DNA of 64,000 bases, from assembly GCA_035084275.1 (NCBI GenBank), contig CM068751.1:3100001-3164000 (forward strand). The letters run 5' to 3'. Under the pieces are notes generated by a model. The model was not told where the DNA came from, ran no database searches, and saw only the letters and a program-made list of their open reading frames with translations. Below, in pieces: positions 63,300 to 64,000 of the stretch; positions within the stretch are counted from its first letter, which is position 1; every line of letters starts with the position of its first letter. This DNA is from Hydrolagus colliei (Eukaryota). The position numbers and the translations under genes were made by a program.

Positions 63300-64000
63300 G
63301 TAAGTTCAACTGGGCATAACATTGAGAAAGGCAAACCCACGTCAGTCGAGGGCAAATACAATTTAATACAATGGTCCTTCCAGGATCATAGTGAGTGAAG
63401 CCACTTTCCAACATGAAACTGAGCCATAGAAACCAGGAAGATGTTTGGTTTTATGACCAATCTGTGCTGACATATCTGATTTCCATAAGCAAGTCATAGG
63501 GTACTTCATTTTAGGTTGTGGTGTGAGGGAGGGGGGTGGGGGTTCTGTGCTGATGTGTTTATCTGGTGGGGAAAATTGAGTGTTTATTTAAAAAAGAAAG
63601 CAGCTAGTGTTAGGAATGTTATATTTTGCAGTTGCCACGGTTACCATACCTCGGCCCCTTGTGACTCACTCGCTAAACGATGATTACCGTTACTCACCGG
63701 AGGGTAAAACCTCCAGAATACAAGCAATTGGCATTAATTCAAGGGAACCATATTCTTCTCTGGGTTTCTTAGTACTTAGGTTGGTTGCAATGAAATGATT
63801 ATGTGTATTTTCTTCGAACCCATTTATGGGACACATCTGTTCAACGCTGAACAAAAGAGAAGGGTATTGTGAGAAAATGGCTATTTTAAATCAGCCTGTG
63901 GCAGAAAAAAAAGACTTTCAACACTTCGCAATTGGGGGAGAGTTGGGGGTGGGGGGGGGTGGACTTTGAGCTGTGTACTGAATTGAAATCCAAGGTACCA

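Overview
This is eukaryotic (vertebrate) DNA, not prokaryotic. The window lies entirely inside one + strand receptor tyrosine kinase gene, EPHB1. Nine internal coding exons (numbered 4-12 by analogy to the vertebrate gene, 1541 nt in total) have GT..AG boundaries and join in frame. They encode the end of the Cys-rich region, both FN3 domains, the transmembrane helix, the juxtamembrane region and the kinase domain through the activation loop. The 5' and 3' ends of the gene lie outside the window. The introns are repeat-rich: L2-clade LINE fragments (one with a 1.2 kb open RT frame), a tRNA-headed SINE family sharing the L2 3' tail, CR1-type 3' ends, pogo/Tigger elements and MITEs, and a hAT MITE. 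This repeat mix suggests a cartilaginous fish, which is an inference. I found no convincing new biological system. The best leads are RNA-structure and splicing features: inverted SINEs at both ends of intron 4 and around exon 5, a 110-bp inverted repeat of unknown origin, and a weak donor after the TM exon with a read-through stop. Two unusual kinase N-lobe substitutions and a triple U1-5'-end-like motif beside a perfect hairpin also merit checking. Repeat boundaries were placed by eye and are approximate unless TIRs are quoted.
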